Shown: one piece after another, positions 32,180 to 45,890 of the stretch
How positions within the stretch are numbered: the first letter of the stretch is position 1
How the letters are laid out: each line of letters opens with the position of its first letter
NCBI GenBank assembly: GCA_048128005.1
Contig: JBEUKZ010000129.1
Span: 1-64,000 of the forward strand
DNA from: Veleropilina oligotropha
Taxonomy: Eukaryota
Reading direction: 5' to 3'
DNA length: 64,000 bases
Notes under the pieces: generated by a model
The model's database searches: none
What the model was told of the DNA's origin: nothing
The model's input: only the letters and a program-made list of their open reading frames with translations
Made by a program: the position numbers and the translations under genes

Positions 32180-33898
32180 CTATGGCGTGTCAAACGTTGT
32201 TAAATTATGTAGTCTTATCATTGTTTTTATATGTTTCTTATTCATGCTGTATCTTTCGCTATTCATATTATATCTATCGATGTTGTTATTGTATCTTTCG
32301 ATGTTGTTATTGTATCTTTCGATGTTCATATTGTATCTTTCGATATTCTTAATATATATTTTATCATTCATATTCATATTATTGTACATCGTGTTGTTCA
32401 TATTCGATGTTTCGCTATTCATATGGTATAATCAGATCTAAAAATAAAGTGTATGCTACGTCATCGCTGACTATTGTGACAAGGGATGTCATTGGTTGAA
32501 CTCTTGTAATTGGTCAATGTGAAAAGAAGTCGGTCAATTGTCGAACGATATTCTTGAAAATGAATATAGGCCTCTACCATGTCACCTGTTTAAGACACTC
32601 AGCAAGTTCATCATAAAATAAGGACTGTACGAGTTATCATACAGAAACGAAGGAATTAAGCTGCAATTTTTTGCAAGTAATCTTGGTTATGTGATAAAAA
32701 CGATATTACACTCATGCATTTCCAGCTGAAATTTTTCGCAATATGTGCATTTTAATGTTAAAATTTGCAAAAAATATTGAACAATTTTTAGGATATTTAT
32801 ATGACGTGTATCGTAAAATGGTTTTAATTGCCTCAAATTTCAAATGTTTCGATGAACCGTCTGGTCGTCATTCGACGAATCATGAAACAACGAAATGTAT
32901 GTCGTTTGACGAACTGTGAAGTCAACGAATCTTTTGCATCCATATTAATTTACACTACACTTCTTAAACATAAATATGATATTTACAATATTATATTTAC
33001 TCTGCGCGTTTTTAGTTTGTTTGCTTTTAAAAGAAAAAAGAGAGAATTTACGGGCGAATTGGCCAAATAAAAGCCGAATTGTTTGGATGCGAATGTATTT
33101 GGTAACGAATCGTCCTGACTGTTGTCTCGTTCAGAAATGTTGACAGACGAACTATAGTGATATCTGTAGAATTTATGATTGAGTGTTAAAATGGGGGTTG
33201 GGTGATACTTTCGTAACGATTGCTTTGGGCGGGGTGTACGGGAATTTACCGCCCTCCAATTAGGCCTAATCCAAAATATTTTTTATTTCCTTCTTCACAG
33301 GGAATACTTTATTTGAAGGGCGGTATATCTTGTACATCATGGTATCTTAAATCTGAAATGCCGGTATAACTAATAACTAATGGCAGAAACATCTTGTGAA
33401 TTTGATAACGAAGTGTGACGTTCTACTTTCGGGCCATCAGCAATGATAATTACAAGTGATCAGCCAATGAAAAGCCTTGTCACAACGGTCAACGCTGACG
33501 TCACATGCTCTTTATTTTTAGACCTGATTATACCATATGAATAGCGAAACATCGAATATGAACAACAAGATGTACAATAAGAACATCGACACATACCATA
33601 TGAATGACAATAATACAACAAGAACGTCAAAACATTGAATATGAATGGCAAAATATACAATAAGAACATCGAAAGATACAATATGAACATCGAAAGATAC
33701 AATAAGAATAGCGAAAGATACAATAACAACATCGAAAGATACAATAACAACATCGAATGATACTATAAGCAACATCGTAAGATATAATATGAATAACGAA
33801 AGATACAATAAGAATAGCGAAAGATACAACATGAATAAGACACATATATAATAACAAAAATAAGACTACATAATTTAGCAACGTTTGACACGCCATAG
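32180..33898. mobile_element. Foldback-like non-autonomous DNA transposon with long TIRs made of 21-bp subrepeats
   Basis: ctatggcgtgtcaaacgttg / caacgtttgacacgccatag; arms carry ttgtatctttcgatgttcata arrays; flanking duplication TCAG (or GTCAGC). Confidence 0.88.
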
Positions 33899-34414
33899 TC
33901 AGCATGCCACTAGTGCTTGGTTCAACACCGAATGTTACAAATCAAAGAATTCATTTAGACATGCGTATAATGAATTTAGACATAACTCAAACAATATTAC
34001 ACGAGAACAACTGACGGAGACCAGAAAACAGTACAACAAAGTAAAAAGAAAAGCAAAAAATATTTTTCAAAAATAGTCAAAGCAAAGAAATACTATATTT
34101 GTCAAAACGTGAACCGAAAAAGTTTTGGAATATTATAAAGAACAAACGTTAACTTGTAAAAAAAATAATAAACCTGCCGTAATTGCATAATTTGGAAAAT
34201 TACCAATGACAATTCTGCGCAAAATGTATATCATCAAGTATTGGATTAAGCTAAGAACGTGAATTCGTTAGCCCATAAATTATACAGACATATAGCTGAG
34301 TTAGAAATACCAAATTCCTGGCCAGATTTAGTAAAAAAGTTGTAATCCCAACCGGGCGTGGCATACGTGTGGTATCAAACCAGCGAATTTATTAACATAA
34401 AAGAGATTATACAT

Positions 34415-34935
34415 AGAAGATATCGAACGAGTGTCCATTCCATATGAGAATTATGAAACGAGTCGGGCACAATTTATGTACCGAGCCTTGGCGAGGTACA
34501 TAAATATGCTGACGAGTTTCATAATTATCATATGAAATGGACACAAGTTTCATATCTTCTTTATCACATGAATTTATTTACCTTTAAAGTTATTTTATTG
34601 CGTTTTTAAACACATTCCTTTACGTTTTAAAACTAATTTCTGTCAGTACTTTCAGCCATAAATTGCCATTGCCTCAGACGCATCACGTCTCGAAAGCACG
34701 CGCCACGCCAGTACGCCAATAAAAAATAGTTCAACGTCAGTAATCAACGAATCAACGCGTATGAATTATTCAATATGTTAATGAGGGTGATGCGCCGTCT
34801 AATCAGCTTGGCGCCAGATGGGACGACAGGGCGTCACGCTCTCCCTCATTTGCATACTTATGAGACGTGTCTTTTATATCGAAATTTATGGAACGGCTTT
34901 TACCGTTCCATAACATGTTTGTCATGTGATAAAAA
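34415..34935 (+). mobile_element. Hairpin-type non-autonomous element (146-bp terminal palindrome)
   Basis: Palindrome 34415-34560, then tttatcacatga...tcatgtgataaa inverted pair; inserted in the LINE remnant. Confidence 0.7.
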
Positions 34936-35582
34936 GAATTAATGACCAGTATATTCAAACATGGAGATCTGATATATAATCTACATCGAAGTTAGAATTG
35001 TATAAATTATATAAACCTGATTTTAAATTTGAAAATTAAATATGAAATATTAATGATGATAAATTGAGACTTGCACTAACACGATTTAGAACGTGTTCAC
35101 ACCAATTAGAGGTCGAAACTGGACGGTATTCTAACATTCCAAGAGCTGAATGGATTTGTAAATTATGCGCTACTGGAATGGTGGAAGATGAATATCACTT
35201 CCTATTGGTGTGCCCGCACTATTATCTATAAGAAAGAAATATCTTAGCAAAATAACAACTACTATTGTCACTGGCCCACTAAGCGGAAATTTTTAAATCT
35301 TATGCCCAGTAATAGCATCACAAGTTTAAAAATATATAGCTAAATTCATTTATTATGCTAAATAGAAACGCGACGAAATATTATTTGACGCATAACTTTT
35401 GTATATTTTATATACTCCAATGTTGTATTATTTAAATATTGCTGCTATGTCATCATAGAAACAAATATACACCTGTACGCTGTATTATATGAAATGCATG
35501 TTTATTCTCTTTTGTTTATGTTGATTATTGTATGTTTTGGCCCATTCTCCTAGCCTTTGTTAAATCATTAACATTTTACAAT

Positions 35583-35913
<331 letters not shown>

Positions 35914-36659
35914 ATCAAACAGATAGTGGACTCTTCCATTCACACCTTGTCACTTCCATTGTTAAGACTTCACTCATTGTTTGGGTAATTACCCTGAACA
36001 ATGAAGCACCTTACTCTCTCAGTCCTATTTTTCAGATATCAAGCCCACGGTATGTATATATTTATGACGGTTATATCGTGCACTGCTTTATGTTTTCTGT
36101 TAAAATACTGTTTACAGCTATGCCTACATAAATGTCATGCAAGAATTATATGTTTCGCGTATCCCCGCTAAAACCGTGAAAAATGCTACATTTTCAGTTT
36201 GAATAGCAAGAATACAGATCGACCGTAATTTAGTTATTGTAAGACTTGAAGATTTTGAGGAACATAAATAAAGACAAAATCTTATTATCATATGCTAGAG
36301 ATTATAAATATTTGCGGCAGCCAAACGAAGACTAAAATATAGTAATATATATCCCCGACTATTGAACCCTGACCAGCTGAGTGGAGTGATATTAGACACT
36401 GGATACAGTCTGTTCTTGTAATTGTAATATATACTGCCATCTCAAAAAAGAACAAACCAATGTAACTAAATAAATCCGGTAACATCTTCATTAAAAAATG
36501 TTTACATTTTTTTAGTGGGGTGATGGGGCCAAATCCTTTCAATTCATATGCTTTTGATAATCACAGCTTCATTGAGTGACCATTACGCTTAACAGCTTGC
36601 TGTGCCTATTGACAGTGAGCAAGTCTTACATATAAGCACATGTCCCATTCATCGTACAC

Positions 36660-36915
36660 GGACGCTCCGACAGTCCTGTGGTTTCGGTTGCAGCCTCCGG
36701 AAAATCGCTGGCTTGATTCCGCTGCCGCGACCAGTTGTGGGTTCGAATCTCGGTTGGGACAAAATATTATTTGTTCAAATTATGAATCACAGTTGTTCGT
36801 AACTGGTCGGAGAGGGTTGGTTTTCCCGGGCGACTGGGCTTTTTCACCCGCGATAATACGGACATGTCCTGCTTTGAACCTAATGGTTGAAAATATACAG
36901 GATATTAAGCACATA
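36660..36915 (+). mobile_element. tRNA-derived SINE family A copy
   Basis: gggttcgaatctc B-box plus shared body. Confidence 0.7.
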
Positions 36916-37604
36916 ATACTTGCACAAAGTAAATTAACAAAATAATCTTACTCTTCAAAAATATATTTTTGCTTCTTTTATATCCTCAATAGTTCAAGAC
37001 ATAAGTAAACTTTTCAGAATAACTTCTATAGTGTGTGAGCATAGCGAAAATAAATGTACCTTCTTCAAACTAATATTTAGTATTGTTTTTTTTTTTGGGG
37101 GGGGGGGGGGTGAGGAAGGATTAATATACGCCTCCATCAGCTCATAAACATTACAAACGTGAAGTTTAAAGTTGAACCGATGTTGTAGTGAAGAGATACC
37201 ATCCAAGTCACTTGACCATGAAATATAGGATATATCCAGCATGGGAAGCATGCATTGATATGCAATCCTTATGAAGCATCTATGGTCTAAGTTTAGATTA
37301 TCTATAGCAAAACATATTATATGGGAAACAGATCTAAACGCAAAAACATTACACAGAGTACTGTGATGACAAAGTCACTGTAATATAAAATCGAGGTTAT
37401 ATGTTAAATATCCAGCATCCGAAGCATTCATTAAACAACAGTACACATGATATTTTTTTAGAAACAGAGCTAAACACAAAATTTTACCACAATTGTTGAC
37501 GCCGCCTCCGCCATTCCCTACAGAAAAGCAATATCCAAGTCTCACTTTCCCTCCGAACGAGACAATAAAACTCCACAGTTTCAACCTTTACGATGTAGCT
37601 GTTT

Positions 37605-37718
37605 GTTTTTTATGTCTTGACCTTTTTGTAAAAAAGGGCAAGACATTATCAAATGGTCCGTGTGTATATACATATATACTTATATACTTATATACTTATA
37701 TACTTATATACTTATATA

Positions 37719-37790
<72 letters not shown>

Positions 37791-38139
37791 GATTTATTTG
37801 AAAACTACCGGCTCAATTTTCACCAAAATTGGTACACTCATTCCCAAGAGTATTTGTAGGTCGTGTATATAACTTTCGAGACACAATTTTGCAAAAATAT
37901 GCATTTATTGAGCACTTTTATCCATATTTGTATATAACGGATGTCTAATATTGCAAGCAAATGGCAATGACGTCATTACGACGTCGCCTTAGATTAATCG
38001 TCCTTTGGTGACGTCACATTCGACGGGGTAGTAAATTAAGCCATGAAGTACTTGCACTTAGCCATTTTATTAACTGTTATGAAAATTTGAGGGAAATAAA
38101 GAAAGGTCAAGACATATTTCGAACGCGTCGTTCTTGTTT
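37605..38139 (+). mobile_element. HINE/DINE-1-like element, copy 1
   Basis: Sub-TIR tgtcttgaccttt/aaaggtcaagaca, internal TA-rich microsatellite, 3' hairpin gaacgcgtcgttc then ttgttt; closely similar to 60594-61070. Confidence 0.8.
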
Positions 38140-38772
38140 AAATATGGTTTGCATCTATGCTTAACTCAGTTTCACGCCAGAAAGAAAATGTAAATAAAAC
38201 GTCGCTATTTTAACCTTTACATAGTAGTTTAATAGTATATTAAAAAAAGAAATGTGCTATGCTATAAATGGTTATAATGAGATAATTACATTTGACATTT
38301 TTTTATTATGGATTACTTAACGAATTATGTTAACTTCAAAATCACAGCATTTGTAATTTCATGGACCGATGGAAATAATTTGGGCCGATTATAATGTCAA
38401 GTGTCAACAGCCTATAATTATCACTAACGAGTCATATAGATCTGCTAACGTCTGGGCTTGATTTGGATAATCATTGTTAAAAGCGAGCTGCATTTCTTCC
38501 CATACGTGCTCGATCGTCGAAAAATCGGTAGATAAAGCAGGCCTCGTCAGCACATCGTCATTCTGTTGAGCGAAAATGTCTGGTGCGATGTTCGGTGAGG
38601 CGTTTTCTTGCTGAATAGCAATGCGATGCTGTTGTCCGGGAATAAATGAAAGTGTGACGTTTAAATTAAAATATCATTAGGATGCCGTCGTGCAGTGAAC
38701 TTTGTGATTTGGAAGCGATTTTCGAAATGCACGAGGCAAAGATAACGAAATGGTTTTTAACAAAAACGAGAA

Positions 38773-41467
38773 ATGAATCTCAATAAAGTACGAATGAAGA
38801 AATTCATGAGCAAGCAGTCGGTAGCGAAAGGAACACAGAAGCACCCACCCAATCAACTTCTACGCTTGAACAAATACCCAGAGTTGTTTCTGAAAATGCA
38901 AGTGCCCATATCAAGTTATTGGCAGAACCTAATCAACCGCGAAATTTTATATTCCCAGCCCGGACATTTTGAAAACAAAATTTCAAACAGTCTTTCCAAT
39001 CATCATGGTTTAACAATTTCAAAGCACTTCCACACAACATGATTTCGTCAGCGAAGGGCGAAGTTGCTTTCGCTGAGACAGGTTTCAACAATTGGAAAAA
39101 AGCACTGGCAAAGGAGAAGGGACTCCACAAACATGATTCGTCGGAGTGCCACAGAGAAGCTGCAGGACGATGGCGCGAGATACCCTCAACTGTGAAAGGA
39201 GACGTCGGTGAGATGATTTCAACCCAACATGAATTAGGGAAATGCAACAGTCGCAGAATTCTGATCAAAATACTGGGAAACGTGCGGTACCTGGCAAGGC
39301 AAGCCCTACTACTGCGAAGAGACTGGAAATCAACCGATAAAAGTGAGACAGACTCTAATTTCCACCAGTTGCTAAAACTGAGGTGTGACGAGGACACCTC
39401 AATTTTAGAATGGTTGCAGAAGAAAACATCCAAATTCACGTCAGCAGATATACAGAATGAAATGCTCGAGATTATGGCCCTACGAGTACTTCGGGATATT
39501 GCAAAAATCATTCAAAATGCCATGATTTACATAATAATGGCTGATGAAAGTGCTGACATCTCGAACAAAGATCAGATGGTTTTTTGCATCCGTTGGGTCA
39601 ATGATGACCTTATTGTACACGAAGATTGTATTGGCATGCATCCTCTACAAGACACTGGTGCAGATCAAATAGTGTTCATCATTAAGAATATCCTGCTAAG
39701 GATGACTCTGAGGCTTGGTGATGCACGCGGCCAATGCTATGACGGTGCTGCAGCGATGGCAGGAGCAAAGATTGGCGTTGCAACTCAAATTAAAGCAATC
39801 AATAGTAAATGCCTTTATACCCACTGTTACGGGCATGCTATAAATCTTGCCGTTGAAGATTTGATCTAATCAATTGAGTGTCTAAAAAGAGTCTTTGGAG
39901 TGGCGCACGATATATGCAGACTGATTAAGAAATCCCCGAAACGAAACACAAAGCTGGATGAAATGAGAAAACAAACTAAAAACGATTCTAAAGGGATCCA
40001 TGCTCTTTGCACAACTAGGTGGACCGTTCGTGGCGAAGTTACGTCGAGGTAATGGAATTATGGGACTGGTCTATTGAAAACATCCATGACACTGATCGAA
40101 TTGAAGGCAAGGATTCACGGTGTCCAGGCAAATATGCCAACATTCGATTTTTTGAATGGTTGTTCTTTGGGAATACTCTTGCTGAAGCAAACTGATAATC
40201 TCAGTAGAAGCCTGCAAGATCCTAAGATGTCAGCTGCAGAGGGCAATGCTATTTCTGAAGATATAATAATTGTATCAAAACGAGATTCGACCAAGCAGAT
40301 TTCCGAAAATACGTCTTTCTACAAGATATGTTCATGAAAGCCACCAGGAATCAAACATGGGAAAACGAGTTAAGAGAAGTCTACTCCATCTATAGTGATG
40401 ATATCGACAAATATAGGCTTGAGGCACAACTGCCGCTATTGCTTCCAACTTCAGAGGCTTATAAATTTGAATTGGCAAAGTTCACTATCTATGATCTGGT
40501 TATTTCAGAAACTTGACTATTCGAGAAAAGTTGCAATGTCGGAGGTTATTAAAGTTGCAAAGATTATCCTTGTAATGCCAGCAACCAATGCTATCAGCCA
40601 GAGATCTTTCTCTGCCATGAAACGAGTAAAAACATACTTGAGATCTACGACAACAGACAGCAGAATGAACCATATAATGATGCTTCATGTACAGAAAGAA
40701 AGAGTTGACAATATAAGTTTGATTGACGTTGCAAACGAATTTGTCGAAAGAATTGATAATCGAAAGCGGACTTTTGGACAATTTACCAACAGTGATTTGA
40801 GAAAGAAAGTAATGGAGCGCATAAAGTCACGCAAGCAAAGGTCACAGGAGAGCAATTTAAATAAGACCGCTATTTTGCGCTTTTCAGTGAGGTCAATTCC
40901 TTTCTATAATAAATTTTGATTCGATAAATTTTAATCAAGTATCCTTTGCTCAAGTGAAAGTAAACTAGAAGAAATTGCTGTAAATGAATATAAAAATCCA
41001 TTGTTTTATGACAGATTGTGAGGATTTATTTAAAATATATCTCAAGCAGTCTCCTGTTATTACTGATCTTCATCAAATATGTATCTGAATATCAGCATGT
41101 AGGAGCGCCCGGCCGAGTGGTTCTAGTGACAGTGCTACATCTACTTGGTCTGTTTGCAAAGGCCTTGCGTGTTACGGATTCGAATCCGTTCAGAATCAAC
41201 ATTTGCGAGGTTATCAGACACGGTTGTCCGTAACCGACTGAGGTGCGGGAGTTTCACCGATTAATCCGAGCTTTTCTCGCAAATTAATACAGATCAGTCC
41301 AGGTATAACCTGAAAAGTGCACTAAATGGGACGAAAAATTAACTCACAATGTCAGCACTGAAGTATCTATCAATTAAATAGCGTTCTCTTTATAATAGTG
41401 CTTGGTCTCAAACAAATTTCCGCTTCGTTCGCATCCCCCCAATATGAATTTCGTTCCGACGGGCCTG
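38773..41467 (+). mobile_element. Degenerate hAT transposon (ZMYM1-like transposase pseudogene)
   Basis: GFNNWKKA, TSADIQNE, IMADESAD, GQCYDGA, HCYGHAINL, TTRW, dimerisation domain PATNAISQRSFSAMKRVKTYLRST; candidate 3' TIR ending ccgacgggcctg at 41467. Confidence 0.9.
41100..41340 (+). mobile_element. tRNA-derived SINE inside the hAT 3' region
   Basis: A-box ggccgagtgg, B-box gattcgaatcc. Confidence 0.6.
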
Positions 41468-41474
41468 GTAAGTC

Positions 41475-41810
41475 ATATTCTTCATCGGTCTTCCTCTTCT
41501 GCTGTTACCTTCGACGCAGCCTTGTAGGATGTCTTCGCAAGGCCACCATGTGACCAAACCATATGAACTTGCGTAGTCTCAATATGTCCATCAAGCGGCT
41601 TGTTTTCCCAATCACGTTTTGTATCCTTTGCAGTGCTTAAATCTTCGTGGTATGTGATACCGATCAGCATTATAATGGCTTTCATTTCGAATGCATTGAT
41701 TTTCTTCATTGTGTCTGTGGTTGTCTATGCTTCAGATCCGAAGAGAAGTGCTGCCATAACAATGGCACGCGAGCTGATAGTGATGGTATTTTCGCGCACC
41801 TGAGATAGAC
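41475..41810 (-). pseudogene. RTE-like LINE 3' fragment
   Basis: LLFGSEA*TTT, KINAFEMK and EGNSRRGRP-like fragments. Confidence 0.55.
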
Positions 41811-42887
41811 TGATCCCATTTTTTACCGGTGCTGGAAAATTCTATCTAGCACACTTTGTATACATACGCAAATGCTGTCTAGCACACTTTGTATTCCTAC
41901 GCACGTCGTCTGCAATGTTTGGAAACAAAAATGGCGGATCGAAACATAAAAAAACCCACGTACTGAGGCTAACATCTCTCTATAATATCTATATCGCATT
42001 CAACCACGCATGTACGCTACACCCGAAACACCACACCGATGTCTCATAACTATCTACAAAACTTACCATGGCTTTAAGTTTAGACCTGCAGACTATAGCT
42101 ACTCCAACGCTGAAAATTCATTCTACATAGCTGACACAATTCCGTGAAAATCCCGGCAAAACACGTCCTTCGTTTGCAAATTGTCCGCTTGATGTAAACA
42201 AATTTAAATGCACCATGAAGCGTATGGCAGCAAATACGAACATAATTAATACAGAGCGATCGACGCTTCACAAACACTTCTGTCAGAATGTACTTAATTA
42301 TGACAACAATTTCTGGAATATAAGTCAATGACAGACACGCAGATCGACAGCAACAAATTATAAACAGACAACATTGCCTCTGAAAAGTGACGTCACTTCT
42401 TGTCTGTTCAGTAGTTCTAGCGTTTTTAATCTACGTTATGATTTTAAATATTTAGCGTTTTGTCGACTTTTTCAATTATTAATATTTTAAAGTTACTAAT
42501 GAAATTGAGTAAATATTTATTCCATAAGTACGGAACTATATTTGATTGCGTCAGAAGAACAGCTGACAGCTGGTGAGTGATTGGGCTTTTGCAATACTCG
42601 TACTCGTACTGTATGCAAGGTGAACAAATATCGAAATAGCCTTAAAAAGTAACATCACCTCATGCATAGTGATAGTTCGAGCTTTTTATTACCCTATGCT
42701 ATGAATTTAAATATTTTACAATTATTATTATTTAATAATACTAAAGAATTGAATAAATATTTATTCCATAAGTACGTAATTATATTCGATTGCGTCGGAA
42801 GAACTACTGGTGAGTGATTGGGTTATTTGAATACGCAAGGTAAAGACATATCAAAATAACTTTTTCAAGCTTTTTGAGGTGTGAGAA

Positions 42888-43053
42888 AAATAATCAAGCC
42901 CCACATTTGAGTTCCAGATAGAGAAATATCAGTCTCGGGTGTGATGGTGCAACATCCCAACCTCGGCTAACGCCTCGGTTGTGATTTGTTGCATCATCCC
43001 ACCCTCGACTGATATTTCTCTATCTGGAACTCAATGTGGTGTTTGATTCTATT
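42888..43053 (-). repeat. Long imperfect palindrome (hairpin element end)
   Basis: ttgagttccagatagagaaatatcagt...aacctcggctaacgcctcggtt...actgatatttctctatctggaactcaa. Confidence 0.85.
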
Positions 43054-43069
43054 AATCTATCTATACGGC

Positions 43070-43490
43070 TTCTAAAGTCGAGTGTGATATTTTCATAGCG
43101 AACAGGATAAACGTATGTATCAAACGTGACACCACAGGGTAACATTTTCATTTTCATTTTATTTAAAAAAACATTATTTATATGCCTGTCAATGCTTAAC
43201 AATGACTAAGCAATGAATAACGTCGTGTTAAATTGCACCTTACGGGCTATTCTAATTGCAAAATAACCTGGATATTTGAAAAGCTGAGGAATTGTTTAGT
43301 CATATACATTCATATATATGATTGAATCTCAAAGAAATACTTTAAAACACTTGATTATCTCCTGCAAATGCGAATGACGTCTTGCAGACTACGTGTAATT
43401 TGACACGAAAACGTCGAGTTTGACATGAGAATTTGTTAAACGCCACGTGACGTCATTTTGATCAATCAGACGTCGCGAAATGAAAATAAT
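43070..43490. mobile_element. Interspersed element, inverted copy of 48580-48935 plus 49381-49425
   Basis: Shared sequences aataacctggatatttgaaaagctgaggaa and tgacgtcattttgatcaatcagacgtcgcg in reverse complement. Confidence 0.75.
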
Positions 43491-45329
43491 TATTAATGTT
43501 GACCCCGCTCCTGTTGAAACGACGATTCGTTTTGCTACAATTTCTGATGTTTAAAATCATTGACATTCTGCGATACATTATTTATTTTTAGTTAATAATA
43601 TGCAGTTGAATACTATTTTATTGTTAAATAATTGCCAATTGTTTGGAAAAATTACATTTTGAAGTTTTCAAACAATAGTTTAAAGTGGTGTGTTTCTTGT
43701 TGACATAATTGAACTTTGAACAGACAAATAGAAGACAGATGTTTATGGTTGAAGTAGATAATAAAACAGTTATGGACTTTTGCGGTGGTAAATATGATGC
43801 GATATGAACCAAAAATCTTATTGTGACCGAGGCGTTATAGTCCATAAATGTATAATATGTAAAATTTGAATGAACCCTGGTTATAGCTGTTGGCTGTAGA
43901 GCGCACACAACAATCGTAGCGGGCGGCGAACCGGACTATTGGACTATTTACCGGGGGTAAAATTATCGTATATTTGTACATACCTTATATGTAGTCTGTG
44001 GTTGTGACGTTCAACTATAAGTGCCGATGTTCGAGACTGGAAAACAACGATATAGGTAAATATGGTTCTTGTTATATAACATATCATGTGACTGTGTTGT
44101 TTACTGTGTTGACAGATACAAGCGGTATATTCAAGTATCCAATTTCAGGTGACGGCAGAGAGTTTACTGTTTAGTTGAATAACAGGTATGTCATAGTACT
44201 GTTTAAACATACAGCGAAGTGTGAACACTGGTATCATAAGGCTATCAGCAAACAAAAACTTAAAGCAGGTACGTGGCTTGCCATATTCACTTAAGTGCGT
44301 TGTATTTTCGGAGTAATTAGGATCAAACCACAGTGGCACTGACCACAACATCTTGGGATTAACGCTTTTGGACATCAGTTCATATTTATTAATAATTTAA
44401 TAGCCGTTAATGTACTCGTGAATTGAAATGTATTTCACAATACGCATATAATGCAAGATAATAAAGTTTGCGAAATGTGGTTGCCAATTTATCATTTTAA
44501 ATGTCAGTGAATGTAAGCATATGGGATTATCGTTTGATCTAATTTTTCTAATGGTTCGATTGGTCGGAATTACCGACAACAGATCTGAAAGCCATAATAA
44601 GCCGGTAATAACGGTGCTACATCATCCTCGTTGAAATAATTTGACGGGAGCTCGCTAAAATTAAAACAGTTTCATCAGTTCACGTTCAATTGTCAATAAG
44701 ACAATAGCACGACATTTGCTGTTTCTTGACAAATATTCCACAGTTGGTATTTATGAAAACTAGGACCATAATTGAGTAATAGTATTTACCACATACAAAG
44801 TAAACACATTCCATTGCATACTACCATGGAGAACACGTTGAATAACTATCAAATAATTCTATTGTATGACATCTATCAAATCTGAATCACTAGTTAAACA
44901 AAGTGTTCTATATCGAAATCTAGAGACCGTTTGCTTGTGTAGATATATTGTGGTCCCGTGCACTAGAGGAATATTAAAGTATCTAATTCCAGAGCATTGA
45001 CACAAGCGATTATTATTTATTTGAATGACATGTCTTAAAGTACGACGTAACTGTAATGTAAGTGTCATCAGTGTGAACAACACGAGACGGGCCATCATGG
45101 ACTCTACACCATGATTGCGAGTAGATATAATGCGACGGTGCTGCTTCGGAAACGATAATCATGTACGAAGATAAAAGCAAAATAAGCGGGAAACTGGAAT
45201 ATCTCAACAGTCTTAAGCAACCATCTAGAACATATATTTGTCATATATATGGTAGCGCCAATCACCCAAACCAGTTGTTTTCCAAATGCCTGAAATGTTC
45301 AGTCATTTGGCCAAATGCATTCATCTGAA

Positions 45330-45890
45330 TGGTCAAGATATGCCATCCTCTTTGATATAGGTCATGGAAACAAGATGCGCCTTATTAACAGTACAAACTG
45401 CCTAAACACTAAACAAAGCAAATGTGTGAGGCGATGATGGCGCTACATGCATTCACCGGTTGCGATTCTATCAGCTGTTTCAGGGGTATTGGAAAGATTA
45501 AGCCCTCAAGTTGTTACTGAAATCTCCTGCATACTGTGATATTCTGAAGCATTTGGGAGATGACTGGAATGTTGATGGTGATGTTCTGATCGGGTGTGAA
45601 AAGTTAATCTGTCCACTGTATGGGAAATGCAACTCGGAGAGCGTAGATGAAGTGCGGCACTTGATGCTCAAATCAAAGTGTGATGGTGATATTTTATTTG
45701 ACAGTCTAACACCCAGAACCATTGACCTGGCTAGATTTCCCCCAAGTAAAGCGTGCTTGAAAGAACATATTGCTCGATCAAATTATCAGACAAGAATATG
45801 GAAAAAGTCAAATGTTGCCAAATACGAGATCCCGAAACCATGGTATAAGGACATGGATGGAAAGCGGATGGAGAACCACTTAGTCCAGTC
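45330..45890 (+). pseudogene. Academ-like transposase fragment (XPG/H3TH-like region)
   Basis: ALHAFTGCDSISCFRGIGKIKPLKLL, CEKLICPLYG, FPPSKACLKEHIARSNYQTRIWK. Confidence 0.7.

Larger units (their letters stand above)
31790..35400 (+). pseudogene. Internally deleted LINE (L2/Crack/Daphne-like) remnant split by two insertions
   Basis: SVVDYAIV (end of APE domain), WFNTECYKSK, and C-terminal RLALTRFRTCSHQLEVETGRY...CKLC...EDEYHFLLVCP. Confidence 0.75.

Noticed and set aside
32109..33905. Hydrophobic LYLSM-repeat ORFs resembling membrane proteins
   Set aside because: Translations of the 21-bp arrays in the foldback arms
39039..40919. Host ZMYM1-like gene
   Set aside because: Intronless, with many stops and frameshifts and a TIR-like end; a dead hAT transposase
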